Below are positions 24,555-31,627 of a stretch of 64,000 nucleotides of DNA, piece by piece. Numbering within the stretch: position 1 is the stretch's first letter; every line of letters begins with the position of its first letter. The stretch lies in assembly GCA_041650955.1 (NCBI GenBank), contig JBAZKG010000003.1, positions 42,766 to 106,765 on the forward strand, given 5' to 3'. The notes under the pieces were generated by a model. It was not told the origin of the DNA, made no database searches, and worked only from the letters and a program-made list of their open reading frames with translations. The stretch comes from Patescibacteria group bacterium. Its GTDB lineage: Bacteria > Patescibacteriota > Patescibacteriia > 2-12-FULL-60-25. A program made the position numbers and the translations under genes.

Positions 24555-24833
24555 ATGAAAAAGAACGTTCTGAAGAAGATTGCGGCAGGTTTTGTCGCTT
24601 CTGTCACCGTTGCCGCATTCGCTCTTGCGCTTGCACCGATGGCTGCACAAGCGAAAATCGTCTCGCCGTTTATCAAAATCGTCCCAGGCTACGCGGCTCC
24701 GGGATATGTCTATCGCCCGACCGTGGCGGTCGCTTATCGACCGACGCCGTTCATGCGCATTGTCCCGGGCTACACAGCCCCGGGATATCGTCCGAAGATA
24801 GGATATGTCATGACATACCGTCCGTGGCGCTAA
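24555..24833 (+). CDS. Small secreted protein with IVPGY.APGY repeats
   Basis: Signal peptide MKKNVLKKIAAGFVASVTVAAFALALAPMAAQA, then KIVPGYAAPGYVYRP ... RIVPGYTAPGYRPK. Own promoter and terminator. Confidence 0.6.
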   Translation: MKKNVLKKIAAGFVASVTVAAFALALAPMAAQAKIVSPFIKIVPGYAAPGYVYRPTVAVAYRPTPFMRIVPGYTAPGYRPKIGYVMTYRPWR

Positions 24834-24853
24834 GCGTCTCTGACGAATTAAAG

Positions 24854-24885
24854 CATCCCGATGAACTCGGGATGTTTTGTTTTTA
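24854..24885 (+). terminator. Intrinsic terminator
   Basis: CATCCCGA-TGAAC-TCGGGATG followed by TTTTGTTTTT. Confidence 0.85.
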
Positions 24886-24894
24886 TCAATTATA

Positions 24895-24933
24895 TAAAAC
24901 GAAAACGCCCTGCTATGTCGCAATAACAGGGCG
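24895..24933 (-). terminator. Intrinsic terminator of the 24952-25785 gene
   Basis: Minus strand reads CGCCCTG-TTATTGCGACATAG-CAGGGCG followed by TTTTCGTTTT. Confidence 0.75.
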
Positions 24934-24951
24934 GTGTGAGTGTGTGGCGGT

Positions 24952-25785
24952 TTATCCGTGAACGAGTTTTCGAAGATCCTCTTGGAAATAAACTCGAGGT
25001 TGAATTTTCCTCCAAGGTCTATTGATGTCGAGCGCTGTGTCCAAATCTGTTCTTGGAAATTTGATCATTTTGACAAACACAAAGCGATTAAGAATGGTTT
25101 GTGGATGCCGGACATCCTGCCGCGTGTACCATATCGCATCTAAATGTCCAGGATAGAAGGAGGGATCGGGATACATCTGTTTGAATTGAAACGGATCAAT
25201 ATCCTCTATATACGATTGGCAGGCAAGCATCCAATCGACATGTGTGACCGCGACGGCAATATCGTCTAATTTGCAATCGCGCTCTAGTTGATGCATGAAC
25301 GGAATCGCTCGCAGATTTCGTACATCGAGAATCGATTCAGCTCCCACGAACGGCGGACGGAAACAAAACGGGTCGCGCAGACATTTTTGGAACGCTTTCG
25401 GATACGTTTCTTGGAACTGTCTCCAAGACATATCTTGTTCACCCCATGACCGTTCATGAAGATTTGGATCAATGATCCAAGGATCCCACGGATTACGTCC
25501 CGAAGTTTTATCCATCAAAAATGAACATGCTGTTTGGAAAGCGCGCGCAGCTGGTGATGCGTATCTTCGCACGCTTTTGTAATAAAGATCCAGCAATGCT
25601 TCATAGAATAATCCGGCCTGTCCTGCCCATTTCAATTCCGTATCAATGAGCGGCCAATCATCCTTGTGTCTCGAGGCGAGTTCTTGTTGCGCTTCTGCAT
25701 CATCCGGATTTTCATTCAGACGACTCATAAGAATCTTGCTCTGATCTTTTCCATGGCGAATCATCAGGAAATGCATTGGTAGCAT
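24952..25785 (-). CDS. Histidine-phosphatase-superfamily (PGAM-like) protein
   Basis: N-terminal LMIRHGK (RHG catalytic motif), later ERSWGE and VAVTHVDWM. SD AGGGAGGTTTGC-ATG. Confidence 0.6.
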   Translation of the reverse strand: MLPMHFLMIRHGKDQSKILMSRLNENPDDAEAQQELASRHKDDWPLIDTELKWAGQAGLFYEALLDLYYKSVRRYASPAARAFQTACSFLMDKTSGRNPWDPWIIDPNLHERSWGEQDMSWRQFQETYPKAFQKCLRDPFCFRPPFVGAESILDVRNLRAIPFMHQLERDCKLDDIAVAVTHVDWMLACQSYIEDIDPFQFKQMYPDPSFYPGHLDAIWYTRQDVRHPQTILNRFVFVKMIKFPRTDLDTALDINRPWRKIQPRVYFQEDLRKLVHG

Positions 25786-25824
25786 GCAAACCTCCCTTTC
25801 TTATAAGTGAAAATGTGCGGTGTT

Positions 25825-25853
25825 ATTGCACCAAAAAAGAGGGAAAATGTCAA
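25825..25853 (-). promoter_or_regulatory. Sigma70-type promoter
   Basis: Minus strand reads TTGACA-17 nt-TGCAAT. Confidence 0.6.
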
Positions 25854-25861
25854 TCGAAATA

Positions 25862-25934
25862 AGCCAGTAGGGTTGAGCAAGTAGCCAGTAGGAAGATGCA
25901 ATTCCTACTGGCTACTGGCTCAACCCTACTGGCT
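25862..25934. repeat. PPE, family E variant (GCCAGTAG units)
   Basis: AGCCAGTAGGGTTGAGCAAGTAGCCAGTAGGAA / GATGCAA / TTCCTACTGGCTACTGGCTCAACCCTACTGGCT. Confidence 0.9.
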
Positions 25935-25958
25935 GATCTCATGCTATCATATCCCTAT

Positions 25959-26858
25959 ATGAAGTCCTTCTTTTCTTTACTGCTACTGTTACTGATAACT
26001 GCTACTCTCTTCACTCCGACGCCTACCGTCCGAGCTGGCGCATGCTATTCCGACATTGTTTATATCCACGACTGGACTGGGGTCATGAATACGTCGGCAT
26101 ACGGACGGGATCAGGCCTGCATGGAAGGGAGTAAGGTATTGGAAGTCATTCCAAAAGGGACGTCGGTCCATATCATCGCAGACACGGACGGTTGGTACCG
26201 CGTGGAATGGAATGGGTATCGTTTATGGGTTGGCGCGACGCTCATCGACATAACGCAAAAAAGATTTGAAGGGGATTCGGCCGCTTACGATCTGTACATG
26301 AGCAAATTCTCGAATACCATTACAACGCCGGCGGCGGATGTGCCTGCAGAACCGGCGGCTCCATCATCCTCATCAACTCCCTCAACCCCATCAACTCCTC
26401 AAACGCCTTCATCTGTTGCGCCAGCATCGAATGTATCGTCTCCAGCCGCGTCTAACGCGGCCGATCCGGCTCTTCTGAATCGCTTGAAAGGATATATCTT
26501 GTTGCAAGTTCAGAGCCATGGCGAGGCATGGTATGTGGATCCGATCACAGGAAAGCGATATTACATGAAAGACGGTCCAACCGCGTATCAGATGATGCGC
26601 AGTTTCGGACTCGGAGTTACCGAATCGGATTACCAAAAAATTGCCAGCGGAAATACATCCATGAAAAGTCGCTTGAGCGGGCGGATTATTTTGCGCGCAC
26701 AAGCGCATGGCGAAGCGTATTACATCCACCCGGGTGATCTCAAAGTCTACTATCTTCAAAATGGCGACGAAGCCTATCGCGTCATGAGGCTATATAGCCT
26801 TGGAATTACGAACACAGATCTGGGCAAGCTTGCGGCGGGGGAAATAACGATAAAATAG
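25959..26858 (+). CDS. Secreted SH3b-domain protein with two C-terminal GEAWY..P..G..YY repeats
   Basis: Signal peptide MKSFFSLLLLLLITATLFTPTPTVRA, SH3b-like GTSVHIIADTDGWYRVEWNGYRLWV, Pro/Ser linker, and a duplicated ~50-aa module. The track start 25896 reads through a PPE. Confidence 0.75.
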   Translation: MKSFFSLLLLLLITATLFTPTPTVRAGACYSDIVYIHDWTGVMNTSAYGRDQACMEGSKVLEVIPKGTSVHIIADTDGWYRVEWNGYRLWVGATLIDITQKRFEGDSAAYDLYMSKFSNTITTPAADVPAEPAAPSSSSTPSTPSTPQTPSSVAPASNVSSPAASNAADPALLNRLKGYILLQVQSHGEAWYVDPITGKRYYMKDGPTAYQMMRSFGLGVTESDYQKIASGNTSMKSRLSGRIILRAQAHGEAYYIHPGDLKVYYLQNGDEAYRVMRLYSLGITNTDLGKLAAGEITIK

Positions 26859-26928
26859 AAGTTAGAATTCAGAAGTTAGAAGTTAGAATCGGATCTCTAA
26901 CTTCTAACTTCTGAATTCTAACTTCTAT
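26855..26928. repeat. PPE, family D, subfamily TAGAAGTTAGAATTCAGAAGTTAGAAGTTAGAAT (copy 1 of 3)
   Basis: About 97 percent identical to 27855-27927 and near-identical to 31052-31123. It contains the stop of the SH3b gene and the last 3 codons plus stop of the TerC-like gene. Confidence 0.92.
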
Positions 26929-27832
26929 TTTTTATTGACTTCCATCCAAAATATCCAACGATGATAAAGGTGGCGATCGGGGAGACCCAGCTTGGGATGA
27001 TGATATTGAACGCGTCGAGCATCATAATCATACCGAGCGCAAAAATAGAGTACATTGCTCCATTTTTAAGGAAAACAAATTTTTTGATGCGATCAATATT
27101 ACCGACGGTTATTTGACGCAAAATGTAGGCGCCAATGCCATTTCCAAGAAGAATAAGCGGAACGGAAAGGGTAAACGCGAAGGCTCCCAGAACACCGTCG
27201 ATCGAAAATGTCGCATCAATGACTTCGAGATAGAGAATTTTGCTCATGTCGGATAATCCGCTTGAGCCATGCGTAAGTTTTGACTCTGCGAGTTCGGCAT
27301 TTTGTTTGAATCCGTGCGTAATAAAGAACGCCGTTGATCCGATCACGGCGCCAAAGGCCATGGTCGGATTCACTTTGAGCGCGAGCCAAACGATGACGGA
27401 TAATATGATCGAGACAACGGCATAGAACCAGATTCCCTGCTTGTGAAAGAATTTTTCTCCGATCAGTCCGTACTCTTTCGGTTCAAGAAACAGCCAGTGG
27501 AAAAAAAGAAAGATGAGAAAAATGCCTCCGCCGGCCATCAGAATCGGCGCGGATTTTTCCACGGCTTCGAGGACATGCGGATCTCCGCTAAAAGACGCGG
27601 TAAATGCCTGAATCGGGCCGAGTCCGGGCGTTGCGAACCACACAATAAGCCATGGAAGCAGGCCGCGAACGGCAAAGACGGCGATCAAAAGTCCCCAGAA
27701 CAAAAACCATTTTCGTCCGCGCTTTGACATGGTCGAAAGCACTTCGGCGTTGACGATGGCATTGTCGATACTGCTGATGATTTCAAACAAGCAAAGGCCG
27801 GAGACGGTAATCAAAATGGAAAAGATATTCAT
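26918..27832 (-). CDS. TerC/DUF475-family integral membrane protein
   Basis: MNIFSILITVSGLCLFEIISSIDNAIVNAEVL... with a second DATFSIDGVLGAF repeat. 304 aa, polytopic. Confidence 0.8.
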   Translation of the reverse strand: MNIFSILITVSGLCLFEIISSIDNAIVNAEVLSTMSKRGRKWFLFWGLLIAVFAVRGLLPWLIVWFATPGLGPIQAFTASFSGDPHVLEAVEKSAPILMAGGGIFLIFLFFHWLFLEPKEYGLIGEKFFHKQGIWFYAVVSIILSVIVWLALKVNPTMAFGAVIGSTAFFITHGFKQNAELAESKLTHGSSGLSDMSKILYLEVIDATFSIDGVLGAFAFTLSVPLILLGNGIGAYILRQITVGNIDRIKKFVFLKNGAMYSIFALGMIMMLDAFNIIIPSWVSPIATFIIVGYFGWKSIKNRS

Positions 27833-27854
27833 GGGGAAAGGGTAGCATGGAATA

Positions 27855-27927
27855 TTAGAAGTTAGAATTCAGAAGTTAGAAGTTAGAATCGGATTTCTAA
27901 CTTTTAACTTCTGAATTCTAACTTCTC
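27855..27927. repeat. PPE, family D, same subfamily (copy 2 of 3)
   Basis: TAGAAGTTAGAATTCAGAAGTTAGAAGTTAGAATCGGATTTCTAACTTTTAACTTCTGAATTCTAACTTCT, in direct orientation with copy 1 and exactly 1000 bp away. Confidence 0.92.
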
Positions 27928-27978
27928 ATATTCCAATTTTAATGCCCGCTGATCCAGTATGGTTCAGCGGGCGAGTTG

Positions 27979-28164
27979 CTATTGTCGTTTCGCCAAAGGC
28001 AATCTCGGTATGATGACAAAGAAGAGGACGATGATGGCGTCAAACGACAACGGATAGAAGATTGGTATGGGTTTCACGCTGACAAAACGTGTCGCGTGAA
28101 GTAAAAGTGCAATGAGCAAGACGGGAAATAGGAAACAGACATCTGCAAACCTTAGATTTTTCAT
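27979..28164 (-). CDS. Hypothetical small membrane protein
   Basis: 61 aa, SD CAGGAGGAATTC-ATG, promoter at 28194-28222, two hydrophobic helices. Confidence 0.5.
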   Translation of the reverse strand: MKNLRFADVCFLFPVLLIALLLHATRFVSVKPIPIFYPLSFDAIIVLFFVIIPRLPLAKRQ

Positions 28165-28193
28165 GAATTCCTCCTGAACTTCCTAAACAGAGG

Positions 28194-28222
28194 AGGATAG
28201 CATATTTTGAAGAAAATGTCAA
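28194..28222 (-). promoter_or_regulatory. Sigma70-type promoter
   Basis: Minus strand reads TTGACA-17 nt-TATCCT. Confidence 0.6.
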
Positions 28223-28317
28223 GTCTGGTAGCTATTTTATGTGTATAGAAAGGCCTATCTATTGTTGTGTTAAAAATGCCACTGTGATATCCTTTTTCCA
28301 GTTCTTTCTCGTTATTT

Positions 28318-28532
28318 CCGTGTTGAGGTTCGACCCCGCGTATTTACATGCAAGACATGCAAATACACGGGGTCGAGACGTGCGCGGAGTGGATCGAAAA
28401 AATAGAGGCGTGGAATTCGAAGCTATAACGTCTCAAGACAAGGGTCAGTGAAACCGGAACTGCATGAGGCAATCGCATGTCTTCAATTCGTGCGGGTCTC
28501 GACCCCGTTCTTCCAAAAGGCGTTGCTTGCAG
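28318..28532 (+). ncRNA. Candidate structured RNA of unknown class (strand tentative)
   Basis: 20-bp hairpin 28321-28365. GGGGTCGAGAC (28359-28369) can alternatively pair with GTCTCGACCCC (28486-28496), enclosing a ~115-nt rod. Terminator AGGCGTTGC..GCAGCGCCT plus T6 at 28508-28532. No credible ORF. Confidence 0.3.
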
Positions 28533-28696
28533 CGCCTTTTTTCTTTAAGAAAAATCAATGTAATATACGTACTCCTTCGCCACATCAGAATGTGGCTACG
28601 GAGCACCATCCTTCACCTTGCCTTCGTGAGACGTTGTGCTTGTTATGGTTGGCCGCGCCATCCGAAACCCCCCGCTTCTTAGCGGGGGGTGAAGGA

Positions 28697-28771
28697 TGGT
28701 AGCTCCAAGGGGAATTGAACCCCTATTAACGGCTTGAAAAGCCGCTGTCCTAACCATTAGACGATGGAGCC
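28697..28771 (-). tRNA. tRNA-Glu (anticodon UUC), CCA encoded
   Basis: Minus strand reads GGCTCCATCGTCTAATGGTTAGGACAGCGGCTTTTCAAGCCGTTAATAGGGGTTCAATTCCCCTTGGAGCTACCA. It folds as a cloverleaf with a 7-bp acceptor stem, anticodon loop TTTTCAA and T-loop GGTTCAATTCC. Confidence 0.9.
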
Positions 28772-28791
28772 TTGTTCAGTTGTGCGGGGCA

Positions 28792-28820
28792 ATGGTAAGG
28801 GAAAATGAGAGGAAAGTCAA
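28792..28820 (-). promoter_or_regulatory. Sigma70-type promoter of tRNA-Glu
   Basis: Minus strand reads TTGACT-17 nt-TACCAT, about 20 nt upstream of the tRNA 5' end. Confidence 0.65.
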
Positions 28821-28821
28821 G

Positions 28822-28928
28822 AATAGGTCTGTATGTCTGTAGGACTGTAGGACTGTAGGTTGCTATTTCTGATGACTTCAGGCAGAGCGACCTACTGTCC
28901 TACAGTCCTACAGACATACAGACCTATT
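28822..28928. repeat. PPE, family A
   Basis: AATAGGTCTGTATGTCTGTAGGACTGTAGGACTGTAGGT ... ACCTACTGTCCTACAGTCCTACAGACATACAGACCTATT. The loop CTGATGACTTCAGGCAGAGCG is homologous to the loop of 376-486. Confidence 0.9.
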
Positions 28929-29388
28929 CTTCATCCCTCACCTTCCTCCGTAACTGCTTGATTTTCGACGTTCTCTCTTTTGCGTCTAGACGGCGCAATT
29001 TTGACGCGCGCGTTGGCTTTGTATCGATACGTTGGATTTCTGGTTTGAGCGCATCACGAACGAATTGGCGAAGCTTGTGGATCGCTTCAATTTTATTTTG
29101 AGCTTGAGACCGTTGATCTTCCGAATCGACAACAAGATAACCGTTTTTATTCGTCGTGAGCTTTGTCATCAATGTCTGCTTTTGCTCATCATCAAAAACA
29201 GACGAGGACATAATTGGCCATTTGACGACGACTTTCGTCTCGCGCTTGTTTACATTCTGTCCGCCCGGACCGGATGATCGGGCGGTTGAAATCTCCAATT
29301 CATTTTCAGGAACTTCGGGAACGGTATGCGGCATATCAAACAATGCATATTTTACGTGAGTATTGATAAAAAGGCGAATATGAGGCAC
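28924..29388 (-). CDS. arfB: Peptidyl-tRNA hydrolase ArfB (class-I release-factor GGQ domain; ribosome rescue)
   Basis: ELEISTARSSGPGGQNVNKRETKVVVKW plus a basic C-terminal tail KPTRASKLRRLDAKERTSKIKQLRRKVR. The start may be ATG 29334 rather than GTG 29388. Confidence 0.85.
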   Translation of the reverse strand: MPHIRLFINTHVKYALFDMPHTVPEVPENELEISTARSSGPGGQNVNKRETKVVVKWPIMSSSVFDDEQKQTLMTKLTTNKNGYLVVDSEDQRSQAQNKIEAIHKLRQFVRDALKPEIQRIDTKPTRASKLRRLDAKERTSKIKQLRRKVRDEE

Positions 29389-29389
29389 A

Positions 29390-29468
29390 GTAAGTTGGTA
29401 AGTCGGTGAGTCGATAAGTCGGTCAGTAGAGAACTCACCGACTCACCGACTTATCGACTCACCGACTT
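29390..29468. repeat. PPE, family B
   Basis: AGTAAGTTGGTAAGTCGGTGAGTCGATAAGTCGGTCAGT / AGAGA / ACTCACCGACTCACCGACTTATCGACTCACCGACTT. Confidence 0.9.
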
Positions 29469-29472
29469 TTCA

Positions 29473-30558
29473 ATGAAATTCACCATCCTCGGTATTGAAA
29501 CCAGCTGCGACGAAACATCCGTCGCTCTTTTGGATGTGGATACGGCGACAAGCGTTCCGACGGTGCGATTGCGCAAGCATTATATTTCAAGCCAGATTAA
29601 GATTCATGCCAAGTTCGGGGGAGTTGTTCCAGAAGTCGCGGCGCGAAGTCATGTGCCGGAAACCGTTGCACTTATTACAAAAGCGCTTGGACGAAAGGGG
29701 TTTGATGCGTTTGACGCAATCGCCGTCACGCGTGGTCCAGGTCTTGCCACAGCACTCCGAGTCGGTATTCATGCCGCGCAAACCATTGCTTGGACGAGTG
29801 GAAAGCCCATTGTCGGCGTGAATCATCTTATGGGGCATTTGGCGAGCGCATGGTTGCTCGCGGAAAATCGCAAGCACTGGGCATACCCGTCGCTTGCCTT
29901 GCTTGTTTCCGGCGGACATACGGAACTCGTTTTGCTCGAGGGGTTGAATTTTGCACGCGTGATCGGCTCGACGCGCGATGATGCGGCCGGAGAAGCGTTT
30001 GATAAAAGCGCAAAACTTCTCGGCCTTGGATATCCCGGCGGACCCAAGCTTTCAAAACTCGCCGTCGGCGGAAACGATCAAGCCTATCATTTTCCGCGTC
30101 CCATGTTGCACGACCCGTCGCTCGACTTCAGCTTTTCAGGTTTGAAAACATCAATCAGACAGGAAGTAGAGAGTCGGTCAGTCGGTGAGTCGGTAAGTCG
30201 GTCAGCACGAAATTCACCGACTCACCGACTCACCGACTTACCGACTTTGTCGGATCTCTGCGCCTCGATTCAACGCGCCATCATCGACGTCCTCATCGCG
30301 AAGACGATACGCGCGGCAAAGGAGTATCCGGTCAAAAATATTCTTCTTGTCGGCGGCGTATCGGCGAATCAACAGCTTCGCGAAGATTTGGCGTCAGCTG
30401 TAAAAAAAGAATTGCCGTCCGTCCGTTTCTTAAAACCCGCTCTCCCATTTTGCACGGATAATGGCGCAATGATTGCCGCGGCCGGCGCATGGCGTATCAT
30501 GAAAGGGGAGAAGGATGACTGGCGGTCTTTAGAAGTTGATCCAGAGTTGGATATATAA
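29473..30558 (+). CDS. tsaD: tRNA N6-adenosine threonylcarbamoyltransferase TsaD (Kae1/Qri7 family) with in-frame PPE insertion
   Basis: ILGIETSCDETSVALL, VNHLMGHL, LLVSGGHTEL and GYPGGPKL are all TsaD hallmarks. 26 extra residues ESRSVGESVSRSARNSPTHRLTDLPT are encoded by a family-B hairpin. Confidence 0.95.
   Translation: MKFTILGIETSCDETSVALLDVDTATSVPTVRLRKHYISSQIKIHAKFGGVVPEVAARSHVPETVALITKALGRKGFDAFDAIAVTRGPGLATALRVGIHAAQTIAWTSGKPIVGVNHLMGHLASAWLLAENRKHWAYPSLALLVSGGHTELVLLEGLNFARVIGSTRDDAAGEAFDKSAKLLGLGYPGGPKLSKLAVGGNDQAYHFPRPMLHDPSLDFSFSGLKTSIRQEVESRSVGESVSRSARNSPTHRLTDLPTLSDLCASIQRAIIDVLIAKTIRAAKEYPVKNILLVGGVSANQQLREDLASAVKKELPSVRFLKPALPFCTDNGAMIAAAGAWRIMKGEKDDWRSLEVDPELDI
30171..30246. 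repeat. PPE, family B, inside tsaD
   Basis: GAGTCGGTCAGTCGGTGAGTCGGTAAGTCGGTCA / GCACGAAATT / CACCGACTCACCGACTCACCGACTTACCGACT. It is in frame with no stop codon. Confidence 0.92.
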
Positions 30559-30617
30559 GTCCACAGTCCACAGACTGCAGTCGTAAGTTATCGGACTGTA
30601 GTCTATGGACTGTGGAC
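30559..30617. repeat. PPE, family A variant (GTCCACAG units)
   Basis: GTCCACAGTCCACAGACTGCAGTC / GTAAGTTATC / GGACTGTAGTCTATGGACTGTGGAC, between tsaD and tsaE. Confidence 0.9.
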
Positions 30618-30630
30618 CCCTCTTTAACCT

Positions 30631-31062
30631 ATGAACTGGTTCATCCCCACCACCACCGATTGGAATTCCGTCGCGCGCGAAATCGTCGCAAAGTTAAACG
30701 ACGGTGATATTTTGACATTGAGCGGTCCGCTTGGCGCGGGAAAGACGACCTTTGTCCAGGCGTTGGCGCAGGCGCTCGGTTCGGAGAAGCTTCCAAAAAG
30801 TCCGACGTTTTCCATGTTGCGAACCTATTCGATTTCTGGAAACGGACTTTCGCGACTTCTGCATGTGGATGCGTATCGCATTGAAAATGAAATTGATTTG
30901 ATCACGCTTGATCTTGATGAAGAATTGCTTATCCCCGGAACCATTCTCGTCATCGAGTGGCCGGAGCATATCCCGGCGTGGCTCGAAACGCGCCCGCATC
31001 TTGCGCTGACGATTGAGATTGATGGTGATGGGCGGCGCGCAAGCATGGAAAATAGAAGTTAG
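30631..31062 (+). CDS. tsaE: tRNA threonylcarbamoyladenosine biosynthesis ATPase TsaE
   Basis: LSGPLGAGKTTFVQALAQALG (P-loop), SPTFSMLRTY, HVDAYR. Confidence 0.9.
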   Translation: MNWFIPTTTDWNSVAREIVAKLNDGDILTLSGPLGAGKTTFVQALAQALGSEKLPKSPTFSMLRTYSISGNGLSRLLHVDAYRIENEIDLITLDLDEELLIPGTILVIEWPEHIPAWLETRPHLALTIEIDGDGRRASMENRS

Positions 31063-31123
31063 AATTCAGAAGTTAGAAGTTAGAATATGATTTCTAACTT
31101 CTAACTTCTGAATTCTAACTTCT
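31052..31123. repeat. PPE, family D, same subfamily (copy 3 of 3)
   Basis: TAGAAGTTAGAATTCAGAAGTTAGAAGTTAGAAT / ATGA / TTTCTAACTTCTAACTTCTGAATTCTAACTTCT. It supplies the last 3 codons and the stop of tsaE (ENRS*). Confidence 0.92.
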
Positions 31124-31130
31124 TTCTTAA

Positions 31131-31165
31131 ATGGCAAAACGCTTCGTTCACTGAACGAAGCGTTT
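31131..31165 (-). terminator. Intrinsic terminator of the 31195-31494 gene
   Basis: Minus strand reads AAACGCTTCGTTCA-G-TGAACGAAGCGTTT followed by TGCCATTT. Confidence 0.7.
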
Positions 31166-31194
31166 AGCTGTTGAGGTTAAGGTGAAAGGGCGTG

Positions 31195-31494
31195 TTAGAG
31201 GGAGTGTTGTATCCCTGATTTTGGTTCATCTGTCTTTTCATCTGAACTGCTCTCTGACTCTGATTTGGTTTTCCCCCACTCAATACGTCGTAGTGCGGTC
31301 ACATAATCTTCACGATCATCATGAGACATTGCCAAAAGAAATTGTTTGATTTCTCCTGGGTTGTCTGGGACCATCGGATCGAGCATAACGCTTCCATCTC
31401 GCCTTTGGAGATAGGAACGGCCTCGTTGACGTATAATGCAAGGGAAGGGACTGTGTTCAAAGTCAAAGGATGGTTCTTGTGCCAATGCGGTCAT
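31195..31494 (-). CDS. Hypothetical acidic protein
   Basis: ATG 31494 preceded by CAAAGGAGGTGCTC, TTGACA-17-TACAGT promoter upstream. 99 aa (MTALAQEPSFDFEHSPFP...). Confidence 0.6.
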   Translation of the reverse strand: MTALAQEPSFDFEHSPFPCIIRQRGRSYLQRRDGSVMLDPMVPDNPGEIKQFLLAMSHDDREDYVTALRRIEWGKTKSESESSSDEKTDEPKSGIQHSL

Positions 31495-31514
31495 GAGCAC
31501 CTCCTTTGAGCGGG

Positions 31515-31543
31515 ACTGTACGCGATTTTGCAAATTTTGTCAA
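31515..31543 (-). promoter_or_regulatory. Sigma70-type promoter
   Basis: Minus strand reads TTGACA-17 nt-TACAGT. Confidence 0.7.
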
Positions 31544-31552
31544 TACAAAAAA

Positions 31553-31625
31553 AGCTTACGGCTGACAGCTTACGGCTGACGGCAAGATGTAATTGCCGTC
31601 AGCCGTAAGCTGTCAGCCGTAAGCT
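31553..31625. repeat. PPE, family I (14-nt unit AGCTTACGGCTGAC)
   Basis: AGCTTACGGCTGACAGCTTACGGCTGACGGCAA / GATGTAA / TTGCCGTCAGCCGTAAGCTGTCAGCCGTAAGCT. The 33-nt arms are perfectly complementary. Confidence 0.92.
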
Positions 31626-31627
31626 AA

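Noticed and set aside
28318-28532. Identification of the 28318-28532 block as tmRNA, on either strand.
   Set aside because: There is no acceptor-stem/ACCA pairing of the ends, no canonical T-loop and no alanine-resume tag ORF ending in a hydrophobic tail. It is kept only as an unknown structured candidate.
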